Source: Deltaproteobacteria bacterium
Lineage (GTDB): Bacteria; Desulfobacterota; DSM-4660; Desulfatiglandales; HGW-15
Assembly (NCBI GenBank): GCA_016930835.1
Contig: JAFGGA010000173.1
Location: 6,156-70,155, forward strand
Direction of reading: 5' to 3'
DNA length: 64,000 nucleotides
A program made the translations under genes and the position numbers. Under the pieces are notes generated by a model that ran no database searches, was not told the DNA's origin, and was given only the letters and a program-made list of their open reading frames with translations. Positions 54,337-62,925 of this stretch are shown in pieces; positions within the stretch are counted from its first letter, which is position 1, and every line of letters begins with the position of its first letter.

Positions 54337-54933
54337 TTATTCTTTATGCTTCTCTTTTCTAAAGATAATCGTTTCGGGTACCTGATCATCATGGGGTACT
54401 TCAGCTTTTGATTCTTTCTTTATCTCTTTTTCCATGTCGAGTGGGGGATCTATGCTTTTTTCCTGTTCAAGCGATATGTCGGTATCTACGTTTTTTTGGG
54501 TAGAAAAAACAATGGTCTCAGGGATGCGCTTCTCTTCAGGTTCGATCGTGTCTAAGGCTTGAACAACGGTTTTGGGCACATCTTCGTCCCCTTTATGGAA
54601 AGACCTTTGGGTCTCTGAGACATCTTCTTTCTCTAAAGTGATGCATCTTGTTTCAGGGATCTCATGAATACGGAGATCCCTTGCTCGGGGACTGATTAGG
54701 AGTTCTTCCGGCGTGAGTACCACAGTCTCTCTGATGATTTGATCATCTTGAAACGGCTTGTTCTGTATGATGGTTGGACCCACATTTTGTACTGATTCGA
54801 TAGACAGTTCATTTTGTGGAGAACCAGCGGATGGGGATGCATACCGCCATTTTAAAAGAATTTTCGACAGGATCTCGTAAATAGCCTGATTATTATTTAT
54901 CTCTGTGAAGCTGTTATTTTGGGTCTTGGGCAT
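54337..54933 (-). CDS. Hypothetical protein (198 aa) with five short [IV][PR][EK]T-x-[VI] repeats; first gene of the T6SS operon
   Basis: The repeats are IRETVVL, IPETRCI, VPKTVVQ, IPETIVF and VPETIIF, spaced about 20-35 aa apart. The interrepeat sequence is acidic. Confidence 0.45.
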   Translation of the reverse strand: MPKTQNNSFTEINNNQAIYEILSKILLKWRYASPSAGSPQNELSIESVQNVGPTIIQNKPFQDDQIIRETVVLTPEELLISPRARDLRIHEIPETRCITLEKEDVSETQRSFHKGDEDVPKTVVQALDTIEPEEKRIPETIVFSTQKNVDTDISLEQEKSIDPPLDMEKEIKKESKAEVPHDDQVPETIIFRKEKHKE

Positions 54934-55081
54934 GCAGGTTATATCCTTTATCCAGCATCAAAATAAACATCAATGAAGTTGCTTATGTATACCCGTCATC
55001 AGATATGTCCGATAGGGTGTGTTTTTTACGCGAAAGAGGGAGTTGGTATTAAACGGTTTTTGTTGAAAAATGAATGAGTTG

Positions 55082-55111
55082 TTGACACAATGAACTGTGA
55101 AAATCTATTCT
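55082..55111 (+). promoter_or_regulatory. Candidate sigma70-type promoter (TTGACA, 18-nt spacer, TATTCT) for the B12-rSAM/TPR gene
   Basis: TTGACA at 55082-55087 and TATTCT at 55106-55111, about 85 nt upstream of ATG 55196. Motif match only. Confidence 0.3.
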
Positions 55112-55195
55112 AATATCGATATATTGTCAAGAATCTTCTACCCTTGGCGAAAAATGAATGGATGGTGAAATGAAAGGTTACAGCATTCTGTAAAC

Positions 55196-56902
55196 ATGAA
55201 AATTTTGCTTATATACCCCTATTTCTTGGAAGAACGGATCCATGCGGAAGAGATTCGGACCATGCCCATTGGAATATATTATGTGGCTGCGATGTTGAAA
55301 GAGCAGGGATATGAAATTGAAATATTCAATGGATGTGACGCCGGATGTGCGCCTGAAGCCATTGAAGCAATCCTAAGAGAAAGGCCCCCCGATATTATCG
55401 GATTCTCCATCCTAAATGCCAATCGTTGGGGCGGCATTGAGATCGCCCGTATGGCTAAGTGCATAAATCCCGACATCACCATTGTTTTTGGAGGCGTTGG
55501 TGCCACTTTTTTGTGGGAGCATCTTCTGACCCATTTCAAAGAGATCGACTTTATCGTCATGGGCGAAGGGGAGTACACATTCCGAAACCTGGTCAGAAGT
55601 CTGGAACAAGGAAACAAAGACTTTAAAGACGTTAACGGCATTGCCTTTCGATCCAACGAAGAGATTGTCCGAAATCCACCGGATGAAACCATCTCCGATC
55701 TGGACGTGCTACCGATTCCGGCTAAATATTTCACATACAACCAGGTTGCATCTTCACGCGGATGCACCATGGAATGTACCTTTTGCGGATCACCGGCCTT
55801 CTGGGGCCGAAAGGTTCGTTTTCGTTCCGCAAAGCATTTTATAGAAGAGCTGGGAATGTTGTATCAAAAAGGCATTACCTTTTTCTATTTCGCGGATGAT
55901 ACCTTTACCGTTAATAAAAGGCGGGTTATTGAGATATGTCGGGCCATCATCCAAACAAAACTCATGATTTCTTGGTATGCCATCGCCAGGGTGGACCATG
56001 TAGACGAAGAGATTTTATACTGGATGCGATTAGCGGGCTGTATCCAGATCAGCTATGGCGTGGAGAGCGGCTCCGACATCATACGGAATTTTCTTAATAA
56101 AAAGATCTCAAAGGATCAGATCAAAAGGGCCTTCGCATTAACCACCCGATACGGCATCCTGGCCCGTGCCTATTTCATATACGGCTCCCCGGGGGAGACC
56201 TGGAAGACGATCCAAGAGACCCTCGACCTGATTCATGAGATTCAACCCCTGAGCGTCATTTTCTATATTTTGGATATCTTTCCGGGTACGGCCCTATATG
56301 ACGAATTTAAAGAGCGATGTCATGTGACGGATGATATCTGGCTCAAACGAATAGAGGATATACCCTATTGTGAAATGGAACCGGCCCTACCGAGTGACCT
56401 GATCTTGGCATTCGGTCAAAGGCTGCGAACCGATTTTTATGGAAACGTGCACCAGTTTGCGAAAGCGGTTCAACTTATCGATAAAAAGGAATTGTATCCC
56501 CTGCATGCCGATTTTCTCTCCCGTTTGGGTATGACCTTCAGCCATGGCGATTATTCAAGGGTTGATCATGTTCAAGGAAAAGACCTGACCGCGGAAATGT
56601 TGTTTCAAAGGGCCTTGGCGTATTATCCGGATCAAAGGGCCTTTTTGGGTCTTGCGATTTTAAAGCAAAAACAGGGGGATTTTCAAAAGGCCATCCAATT
56701 TGCCCTGAAGGGCATCCGATATTTTCCAGAAAATAAAGACTTGAATATATGTCTTGGCATAAGTTATATGAATATGGGAGAATATAATCAGGCACTGTCA
56801 TATCTCTTGAAGTTTCAAGATCTTGAAGAGACAAAGCCGTATATTATTGAGTGTTATCATAAATTAGATGTCCGTGTGGACGAAGATCTTAATCTCGCAT
56901 GA
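55196..56902 (+). CDS. B12-binding-domain radical SAM protein with C-terminal TPR repeats
   Basis: MKILLIYPYF...MPIGIYYVAAMLKEQGYEIEIF (B12-binding domain), SSRGCTMECTFCGS (CX3CX2C), and a TPR-like C-terminus (AYYPDQRAFLGLAIL..., GEYNQALSYL). Confidence 0.85.
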   Translation: MKILLIYPYFLEERIHAEEIRTMPIGIYYVAAMLKEQGYEIEIFNGCDAGCAPEAIEAILRERPPDIIGFSILNANRWGGIEIARMAKCINPDITIVFGGVGATFLWEHLLTHFKEIDFIVMGEGEYTFRNLVRSLEQGNKDFKDVNGIAFRSNEEIVRNPPDETISDLDVLPIPAKYFTYNQVASSRGCTMECTFCGSPAFWGRKVRFRSAKHFIEELGMLYQKGITFFYFADDTFTVNKRRVIEICRAIIQTKLMISWYAIARVDHVDEEILYWMRLAGCIQISYGVESGSDIIRNFLNKKISKDQIKRAFALTTRYGILARAYFIYGSPGETWKTIQETLDLIHEIQPLSVIFYILDIFPGTALYDEFKERCHVTDDIWLKRIEDIPYCEMEPALPSDLILAFGQRLRTDFYGNVHQFAKAVQLIDKKELYPLHADFLSRLGMTFSHGDYSRVDHVQGKDLTAEMLFQRALAYYPDQRAFLGLAILKQKQGDFQKAIQFALKGIRYFPENKDLNICLGISYMNMGEYNQALSYLLKFQDLEETKPYIIECYHKLDVRVDEDLNLA

Positions 56903-56968
56903 TGAGAGGTCATGTTTTTAAAATCTTTGTCTCATCTTAGATTTTTAAAAGACTTGGCGCGAACCTAT

Positions 56969-57076
56969 GGATTCCGCGATCAAGTCGCGGAATGACCAGC
57001 CTAATTTTGGTTACGCGACTGTAAATGATCACCTCCGGTTTTTGTACAGTCATTCCGCGACTTGATCGCGGAATCC
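56969..57076. repeat. Perfect 28-bp inverted repeat pair (each arm itself a hairpin) with a 52-nt spacer; GTCATTCC/GGAATGAC family
   Basis: GGATTCCGCGATCAAGTCGCGGAATGAC at 56969-56996 and GTCATTCCGCGACTTGATCGCGGAATCC at 57049-57076. Confidence 0.8.
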
Positions 57077-57449
57077 AATCGTTTGGATTTAGAAAAACCT
57101 AAATGGTTACAAATCTTTCATGATTATGGTAGGTTGTCATGTGATGCTAGCTAGAGATTACGTTTTCAGAAGCTGTGTTGTAATTGGTTTTCAGCGTGAT
57201 CTGTCATTTCCACTGAGAGGATAAATCTTTCAACATCAACAATTGATAAAACAAGACTTCTCGGCTATCGCCTCGAAATGACATTATGACACAACGTCTT
57301 CAAAAGGGATGTCGATCTTTGGGTACCGGATAAAAATCAGACTTTTCGCATTATCTTAACATCTAGAATCCAGTATGGTTTTGCCTAGACTGTCAATTAT
57401 CCCCTTCACAGAACAATTTGAGATAAAACTTCATTGAAAAGAAATAAAC

Positions 57450-58418
57450 ATGCAGAACAAACCCAATATCTGGAAAAAGGCCTATAAAAACCTCTCCCAA
57501 GGACACGATATCATCTTAATGATTGTCGTCAAAACAAGCGGCTCCGCACCCGGAAAAACAGGATTCAAGATGCTGGTTTCTGAGACCGGTGAGTTGTATG
57601 GAACCATAGGCGGCGGTGGTACAGAATTTATCATGGTAGAAAAGGCCAAACAGATGCTCAAAACAGGGGATAGGTCAGCATTCATCAGGGACTTTGAGCA
57701 TAGGGAAGATGCCGGAGAAAAAAGCTCAGGCATGATCTGCTCAGGAGAAAACACGATTGCCGGCATTGCCCTAGGTTCCGACCACAAAGAGACCATGGGC
57801 CGACTATCTGAAAATGCCTTTAACAATATTCCATGCCGCTTGATCATCACCTCAAATGGCCTGGAAATAAAAAAGTATGATAAAGATGAGGGTGACTTTA
57901 TCTTCTTGGAGTCGGAGGATGGCACGTGGCGATATGAAGAGAATGTGAATATCAGGGATTCTCTCTTTATCATAGGCGGCGGGCATGTGGGGCTTGCCCT
58001 TTCCAAGATCAGTAACATTGTCGGATTTCACACTATTGTCCTGGATGACCGGGAAGACCTGGATACCATGAATGAAAATCGTTTTGCCCATGAACGGATC
58101 ATTGTGGACTATGAACGGGTTGCTGAGCACATTCAAGAAGGAGACCATTCGTATGTAGTCATTATGACAGCCGGCCACAAGGCAGACAAACAGGTCTTGG
58201 AAAGCCTGGTGAATAAGGAATTTAAGTACTTGGGGATGATCGCCAGTAAACAAAAGAAGGCGGAAATATATAAAACATTAATGGATGCCGGTATCCCCAT
58301 GGTCTGTTTGGAGCGGGTCCATTCGCCCATTGGTCTGCCCATTAACAGTATCACCGCCGAGGAGATCGCCATCAGCATCATAGCTGAGATGATTAAGGTA
58401 AAAAACAGCGGAGGTTAA
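57450..58418 (+). CDS. xdhC: XdhC/CoxI-family molybdenum-cofactor insertion accessory protein
   Basis: An N-terminal XdhC_CoxI-like segment (GSAPGKTGFKMLV...GTIGGG) and a Rossmann segment (LFIIGGGHVGLAL...VIMTAGH). It precedes the three molybdenum hydroxylase subunits. Confidence 0.85.
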   Translation: MQNKPNIWKKAYKNLSQGHDIILMIVVKTSGSAPGKTGFKMLVSETGELYGTIGGGGTEFIMVEKAKQMLKTGDRSAFIRDFEHREDAGEKSSGMICSGENTIAGIALGSDHKETMGRLSENAFNNIPCRLIITSNGLEIKKYDKDEGDFIFLESEDGTWRYEENVNIRDSLFIIGGGHVGLALSKISNIVGFHTIVLDDREDLDTMNENRFAHERIIVDYERVAEHIQEGDHSYVVIMTAGHKADKQVLESLVNKEFKYLGMIASKQKKAEIYKTLMDAGIPMVCLERVHSPIGLPINSITAEEIAISIIAEMIKVKNSGG

Positions 58419-58420
58419 AG

Positions 58421-59329
58421 GTGGTTACATTTTACAGACGACTGCCCAAATTTGATTATGTCGCACCCTCAAGTCTTTCAGAGGCATTGAACCTGTTACA
58501 AACAGGTGAGCCCGGTCAATATAAGGTCTACGCGGGCGGGACGGATGTCATCCCCAAACTAAAGGCCCGGTTGATCCAGACGCCTCAATCACTTATGGAC
58601 CTTAAAGGGATTCCGCACATGGACTATATTGTCCACGATGAAAAAAAAGGATTAAGAATAGGGGCCTTGGCATCTATCTTTGATGTGGCCCATTCACCGG
58701 TCGTGCTGGCGCAATACCCGGTTCTGGCCCAGGCCGCGAGGAGTATTGCTTCGGTTCAGATCCAAAATAGAGGCACCATCGTGGGGAATCTTTGTAATGC
58801 GGTTCCTTCCGCGGACTCGGCTCCTGCCTTGTTGTGCCTGGACGCCAAAGTGGTCTGTCAAAGCAGTCTGGGTGAACGCGTGATGGATCTCCATGCCTTT
58901 TTTAAAGGGCCTAATCAAACGTTTCTCGAACCCACGGAGATTGTCACAGAAATACAGGTCCCTCCGATGCCGAATGGAAGTCAAGGGGTATATCTCAAAT
59001 TATCACCCCGAAGCAAAATGGACCTGGCGATTACGGGTGTTGCAGTGGTTGTGTTCACGGACAGTGGAAAATTCAAAGATGCACGCATCGGTCTGGGCGC
59101 TGTGGCACCTACCCCTATCCGGTCGACCCAGGCCGAAAATAGGCTTAATGGAGAAATAATCAACGACCAAGTCATCGGAGAGGCCGCTAGACTAGCTGCT
59201 GATGAATCCAGACCCCTTGATGACCATCGTGCATCCGCGGAGTACAGACGGATGATGGTGGAGGTATTGGTGAAACGGGCAATTAAAGCAATGGCACAAG
59301 GCTCAAGGCGCAGGACGCAGGGTAAATGA
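58421..59329 (+). CDS. Molybdenum hydroxylase FAD-binding medium subunit (CoxM/XdhB-like)
   Basis: AGGTDVIPKLK, RGTIVGNLCNAVPSADS and the C-terminal DHRASAEYRR. The last ~13 aa (AMAQGSRRRTQGK) are encoded by a family B repeat arm. Confidence 0.88.
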   Translation: MVTFYRRLPKFDYVAPSSLSEALNLLQTGEPGQYKVYAGGTDVIPKLKARLIQTPQSLMDLKGIPHMDYIVHDEKKGLRIGALASIFDVAHSPVVLAQYPVLAQAARSIASVQIQNRGTIVGNLCNAVPSADSAPALLCLDAKVVCQSSLGERVMDLHAFFKGPNQTFLEPTEIVTEIQVPPMPNGSQGVYLKLSPRSKMDLAITGVAVVVFTDSGKFKDARIGLGAVAPTPIRSTQAENRLNGEIINDQVIGEAARLAADESRPLDDHRASAEYRRMMVEVLVKRAIKAMAQGSRRRTQGK

Positions 59330-59359
59330 AAAACTTACGAGCTGGCTTTTGCCCATGCC
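59293..59359. repeat. Family B repeat overlapping the 3' end of the FAD-subunit gene
   Basis: GGCACAAGGCTCAAGGCGCAGGACGCAGGG at 59293-59322, with a weak reverse arm CTTTTGCCCATGCC at 59346-59359. Confidence 0.55.
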
Positions 59360-59544
59360 ACGATGAAACGATAACCGTCTATTTTTATGGTCTATTTGAT
59401 TAAACCGCAGAATATCGAATAAGAAATGTCCAATTCAGAAGTGAAAATTCTATCTTCTACGGTTCGATATTCGATATTTAAAATCCACTACAGATTATAC
59501 AATCTTATGACATGATCATGATTTCATAACTCCAGGGGTATAAA

Positions 59545-60024
59545 ATGACATTAAAAGAAATTACCTTCACGATCAATGGCCAAGTCCAAACATTAACCAT
59601 TCAACCATGGCGGACCCTTTTGGAAATCATCCGTGAGGACCTTCAATTGACCGGTACCAAAGAAGGTTGCGGCCAAGGTGAATGCGGGTCCTGTACAGTC
59701 ATCATGGACGGCAAAACCGTCAACAGTTGTCTGGTTCCCGCGGTGGAGGCTGACGGCAAGGAGATCATCACTATTGAGGGCCTGTCAAAAGGCGATACGC
59801 TCCATCCCATTCAACAGGCGTTTGTAGAGCATTCCGGTATGCAATGCGGTTTTTGCACGCCTGGGATGATCATGTCCACCAAGGGTTTACTGGATCGGAA
59901 TCCCAATCCGAATGAGGCGGAGATACGAGAGGGTATTTCGGGTAATTTTTGTCGATGCACCGGTTATACCAAGATTATTGAGTCCATTGACGCAGCAGCG
60001 AGGGTCATGAAAAAGAAGGATTGA
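59545..60024 (+). CDS. Molybdenum hydroxylase [2Fe-2S] small subunit (CoxS/XdhC-iron-sulfur-like)
   Basis: GCGQGECGSCTV (plant-type cluster) and QCGFCTPG...CRCTGY (second cluster). Confidence 0.93.
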   Translation: MTLKEITFTINGQVQTLTIQPWRTLLEIIREDLQLTGTKEGCGQGECGSCTVIMDGKTVNSCLVPAVEADGKEIITIEGLSKGDTLHPIQQAFVEHSGMQCGFCTPGMIMSTKGLLDRNPNPNEAEIREGISGNFCRCTGYTKIIESIDAAARVMKKKD

Positions 60025-60075
60025 ATCTCAACAAATACATTGGTGTCTTTAAACTGTTTTAAAGTATGCAAAAAG

Positions 60076-60100
60076 GCCCAAGGCGCATGGCGCAAGGAAA
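60076..60100. repeat. Family B repeat, forward arm; its partner arm lies at 60465-60540, separated by nested inserts
   Basis: GCCCAAGGCGCATGGCGCAAGGAAAAGC versus TTTTTCCCTGTGCCTTGAGCC...GCTGCGCCTTGCGCCTCTTGGCGCGCC. Confidence 0.6.
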
Positions 60101-60116
60101 AGCTTTCTTAATATTG

Positions 60117-60247
60117 ATGGCCTCGTAAAAAGTCGAAAAACACTTATTTTTGTCATTCCGGTGAAGACCGGAATCCCGTCTTTTCAAATAGTTACAGGGA
60201 CTCTGGACCCCGGTTTTCGCAGGGGTGACGACTTTTTACGAGATTGT
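60117..60247. mobile_element. MITE-like element, copy 2 (131 bp), perfect 14-bp terminal inverted repeats
   Basis: CTCGTAAAAAGTCG ... CGACTTTTTACGAG. The internal GTCATTCCGGTGAAGACCGGAATCC and GGACCCCGG...GGGGTGAC hairpins are collinear with 26680-26840. The flanking 8-mers TAATATTG and CAATATTA match at 6 of 8 positions. Confidence 0.7.
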
Positions 60248-60464
60248 CAATATTAAGGGTCTCAAAATAGAATAAACAAAAATATCTGGCTTCCGGATCA
60301 AGTCCGGAATGACAAAATACATTACATCACCATCCATCACCCCAGCGAAAGCCGGGGTCCAGATATTATGAACTTTCAGGCAAATACGATGTTAACTCCA
60401 TGATGAGAATATTAGTATGTCATTTCGAGCAATGCGAGAAATCTTAAAATCGAAAAGCCTTAAG

Positions 60465-60540
60465 TTTTTCCCTGTGCCTTGAGCCACCCTCGGCCTGAAC
60501 TCGGGTCGAAGGCTGCGCCTTGCGCCTCTTGGCGCGCCAT
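60465..60540. repeat. Family B repeat, reverse arm(s), upstream of the coxL-like gene
   Basis: CCTGTGCCTTGAGCC and GCTGCGCCTTGCGCCTCTTGGCGCGCC. Confidence 0.6.
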
Positions 60541-60587
60541 GGTCTTCAGGAGACGGCAGCTGCGACTATTGAATAAAAGGAGCCAAA

Positions 60588-62891
60588 TTGAAAAAAGAAC
60601 ATGAATACAGTGTCATTGGTAAAAGGATTCCCCGGATCGACGGGAGGGTCAAGGTCACTGGAGAGGCCAAATACGCGGCGGACTATGCCCTGCCTGGCAT
60701 GTTGTGGTGTAAAATCCTCCGCTCTCCTTTTGCCCATGCCCGGATCAAACATATTGATACGAGCAGGGCGGCAAAGCTGCCAGGCGTCAAGGCCGTCATT
60801 ACGGGCAAAGATTTCTATGGCTGGCGATGGGGATGGATGCCCAAGACCCGGGATGAGGCCCCTTTGGCCGATGATAAGGTCCGGTATCTTGCCGAGGCCG
60901 TGGCTGCCGTGGCCGCCGTGGATGAAGACACGGCCGAAGAGGCCACGGAACTTATCCAGGTGGAGTATGAGGAATTGCCCGGCGTCTTTGATCCTGAAGA
61001 GACCATGAAAGAAGGTGCCCCAAAGGTCTATGATCATATTCCTAACAATCTTAGTTGGGAATTCCATATGGATTTTGGGGATGTGGAAAAGGCGTTTCGA
61101 GAATCCGACCTTGTGAGGGAAGATCGCTTTGAAACAGGCCGGGTTATCACGGGTTATCTGGAGCCCCCCGCGGCCGTGGCCCTTTGGGACTCATCCGGGA
61201 TTACCATTTGGGCCGCCAAGCAGAGCCCCTATTTTGTGTATCGCCATCTGGCCGCCTGTTTTAACCTGCCCCTCAACAAAATCCGGATCATCCAGCCCTT
61301 TATCGGCGGTGGTTTCGGGGGGACCAAAAACGATTCCCTGGCCGGTGACTTTTGTGCCTGCCTCATGTCCCGGATGACGAGAAAACCCGTAAAATTTGTC
61401 TACAGCATGGAAGAGGTCCTCATGACCTGCCGGCGGCGGCACAACATGATCATCTTGAATAAGATGGGCATGAAAAAGGACGGGACCATCACCGGCATGC
61501 ACAGCCGTGTGATTGCGGACGGCGGCGGGCACACGGCCATCGGTCCGTTGACCATGTATCTGACGGGATTCATGAGTACCCTTCCCTATAAACTCCCTAA
61601 CTTCAAGCATGACGCCTTTCGCGTGTTCACCAACAATCCCATCGGGGCGGCCATGAGGGGGCACGGTGTGACCCACACGCGCTTTGCCGCCGAGATCCAG
61701 ATGGAGATGATGGCCGAAGAACTGGGCCTGGATCCCGTAGAAGTAAGACTCAAAAACGCCGTCACCGCTCCCCATACCACCATCAACAAGGTGACGGTGG
61801 ATTCTTGCGGTCTGACGGAAGGGCTTCAAACATTAAGAGATCGCCCTGAATGGAGGAGCAAGGATAATAAAAAATCCACTCATGATCCAATTTCCCATGG
61901 CGTGGGTATATCCGGGACCGCCTATTTAAGCGGCGCTAGACAGCGCGGTCACCAATCATGTGCCGCCGTGATTCGACTCTGTGAGGATGGTACTATTGAC
62001 TATCTGACCGGGGCCACGGATTGCGGCCAAGGATCGGATACCGTGCTGGTCCAGATCATTGCCGAGGAACTGGGTCTGCAAGTGGAGGACATCGATATCA
62101 AACGGGTGGATACCGCCCTGACACCGTGCGATGCGGGCAGTTATGGAAGCCGGGTTACGGTCTTGGCAGGAGAGGCCGCCCAAAAAGCGGCCCAGGATGT
62201 GAAGAGGCAATTGGCTGAAATCGCGGCCCGGAACTGGAAGGTCAGTCCCGAAGAGATTGCCTTTAGAAACAACCGGGTCTATGTGGAGGGCTCTCCGGAT
62301 CTCGCCATGTCCTTTGAACAAATGGCCAAGGTGGCATCCTATTCCGGATCGGGCGCGGTGATCCTGGGCCGGGGATATTCTCAATACGGCATCGAAGAGT
62401 TGGATTTTGACCGGGGTGAAGGCAATGGTGGCACGGCCTATAGCTTCACGTCCCAGTTATCCGAGGTGGATGTGGATACGGAGACCGGGTTCGTAAAATG
62501 CACCAACATGGTGATCGCCCATGATTGCGGCAAGCCCCTCAGCCCGGTGAATGTAGAGGCCCAAAACCAGGGGGCCGCGGTGCAGGGCTTAGGGCAGGCC
62601 ATGTATGAGGTATTTAAGATGGACAAGGGAAAGACCCTGAACCCGAATCTGGTTGATTACAAGATGCCGTTGTCTATGGATACCCCGAAGATTGAAATCA
62701 TTGATATCATCACGGATGACCCTCATGGTCCTTACGGGGCCAAAGAGGCATCGGAAGGGGCCATTGTAAGCACACCACCATCGATCATCAGCGCCATTCA
62801 TGATGCCACCGGTATCTGGTTCAAGGAACAACCCGTGACACCGGAAAAGATCGTCATGGCGTTGAAAGACAAACAAATGAACAAAAAGTAG
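60588..62891 (+). CDS. Molybdopterin-dependent hydroxylase large subunit (xanthine dehydrogenase / aldehyde oxidoreductase / CoxL family)
   Basis: 767 aa. IGKRIPRIDGRVKVTGEAKYAAD start, GGGFGG, and the C-terminal GAKEASEGA. The substrate is not inferable. Confidence 0.92.
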   Translation: MKKEHEYSVIGKRIPRIDGRVKVTGEAKYAADYALPGMLWCKILRSPFAHARIKHIDTSRAAKLPGVKAVITGKDFYGWRWGWMPKTRDEAPLADDKVRYLAEAVAAVAAVDEDTAEEATELIQVEYEELPGVFDPEETMKEGAPKVYDHIPNNLSWEFHMDFGDVEKAFRESDLVREDRFETGRVITGYLEPPAAVALWDSSGITIWAAKQSPYFVYRHLAACFNLPLNKIRIIQPFIGGGFGGTKNDSLAGDFCACLMSRMTRKPVKFVYSMEEVLMTCRRRHNMIILNKMGMKKDGTITGMHSRVIADGGGHTAIGPLTMYLTGFMSTLPYKLPNFKHDAFRVFTNNPIGAAMRGHGVTHTRFAAEIQMEMMAEELGLDPVEVRLKNAVTAPHTTINKVTVDSCGLTEGLQTLRDRPEWRSKDNKKSTHDPISHGVGISGTAYLSGARQRGHQSCAAVIRLCEDGTIDYLTGATDCGQGSDTVLVQIIAEELGLQVEDIDIKRVDTALTPCDAGSYGSRVTVLAGEAAQKAAQDVKRQLAEIAARNWKVSPEEIAFRNNRVYVEGSPDLAMSFEQMAKVASYSGSGAVILGRGYSQYGIEELDFDRGEGNGGTAYSFTSQLSEVDVDTETGFVKCTNMVIAHDCGKPLSPVNVEAQNQGAAVQGLGQAMYEVFKMDKGKTLNPNLVDYKMPLSMDTPKIEIIDIITDDPHGPYGAKEASEGAIVSTPPSIISAIHDATGIWFKEQPVTPEKIVMALKDKQMNKK

Positions 62892-62925
62892 AATGACTTG
62901 ATTAATGAATGAAGTCCAAAAGGTT

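Noticed and set aside
54975..54995. Sigma54-like element on the minus strand (GGGTAT-ACATA-AGCAAC, GG-N10-GC) about 50 nt upstream of the first T6SS gene.
   Set aside because: Only the GG and GC dinucleotides match. The flanking consensus (TGGCAC/TTGCW) is poor and no enhancer-binding protein is encoded nearby. It is kept only as a note.
26400..60540. Possibility that the recurring hairpin repeats form a CRISPR array.
   Set aside because: The copies are dispersed over tens of kb, not regularly spaced. They are variable in sequence and orientation, have no uniform spacers, and no cas genes are present.
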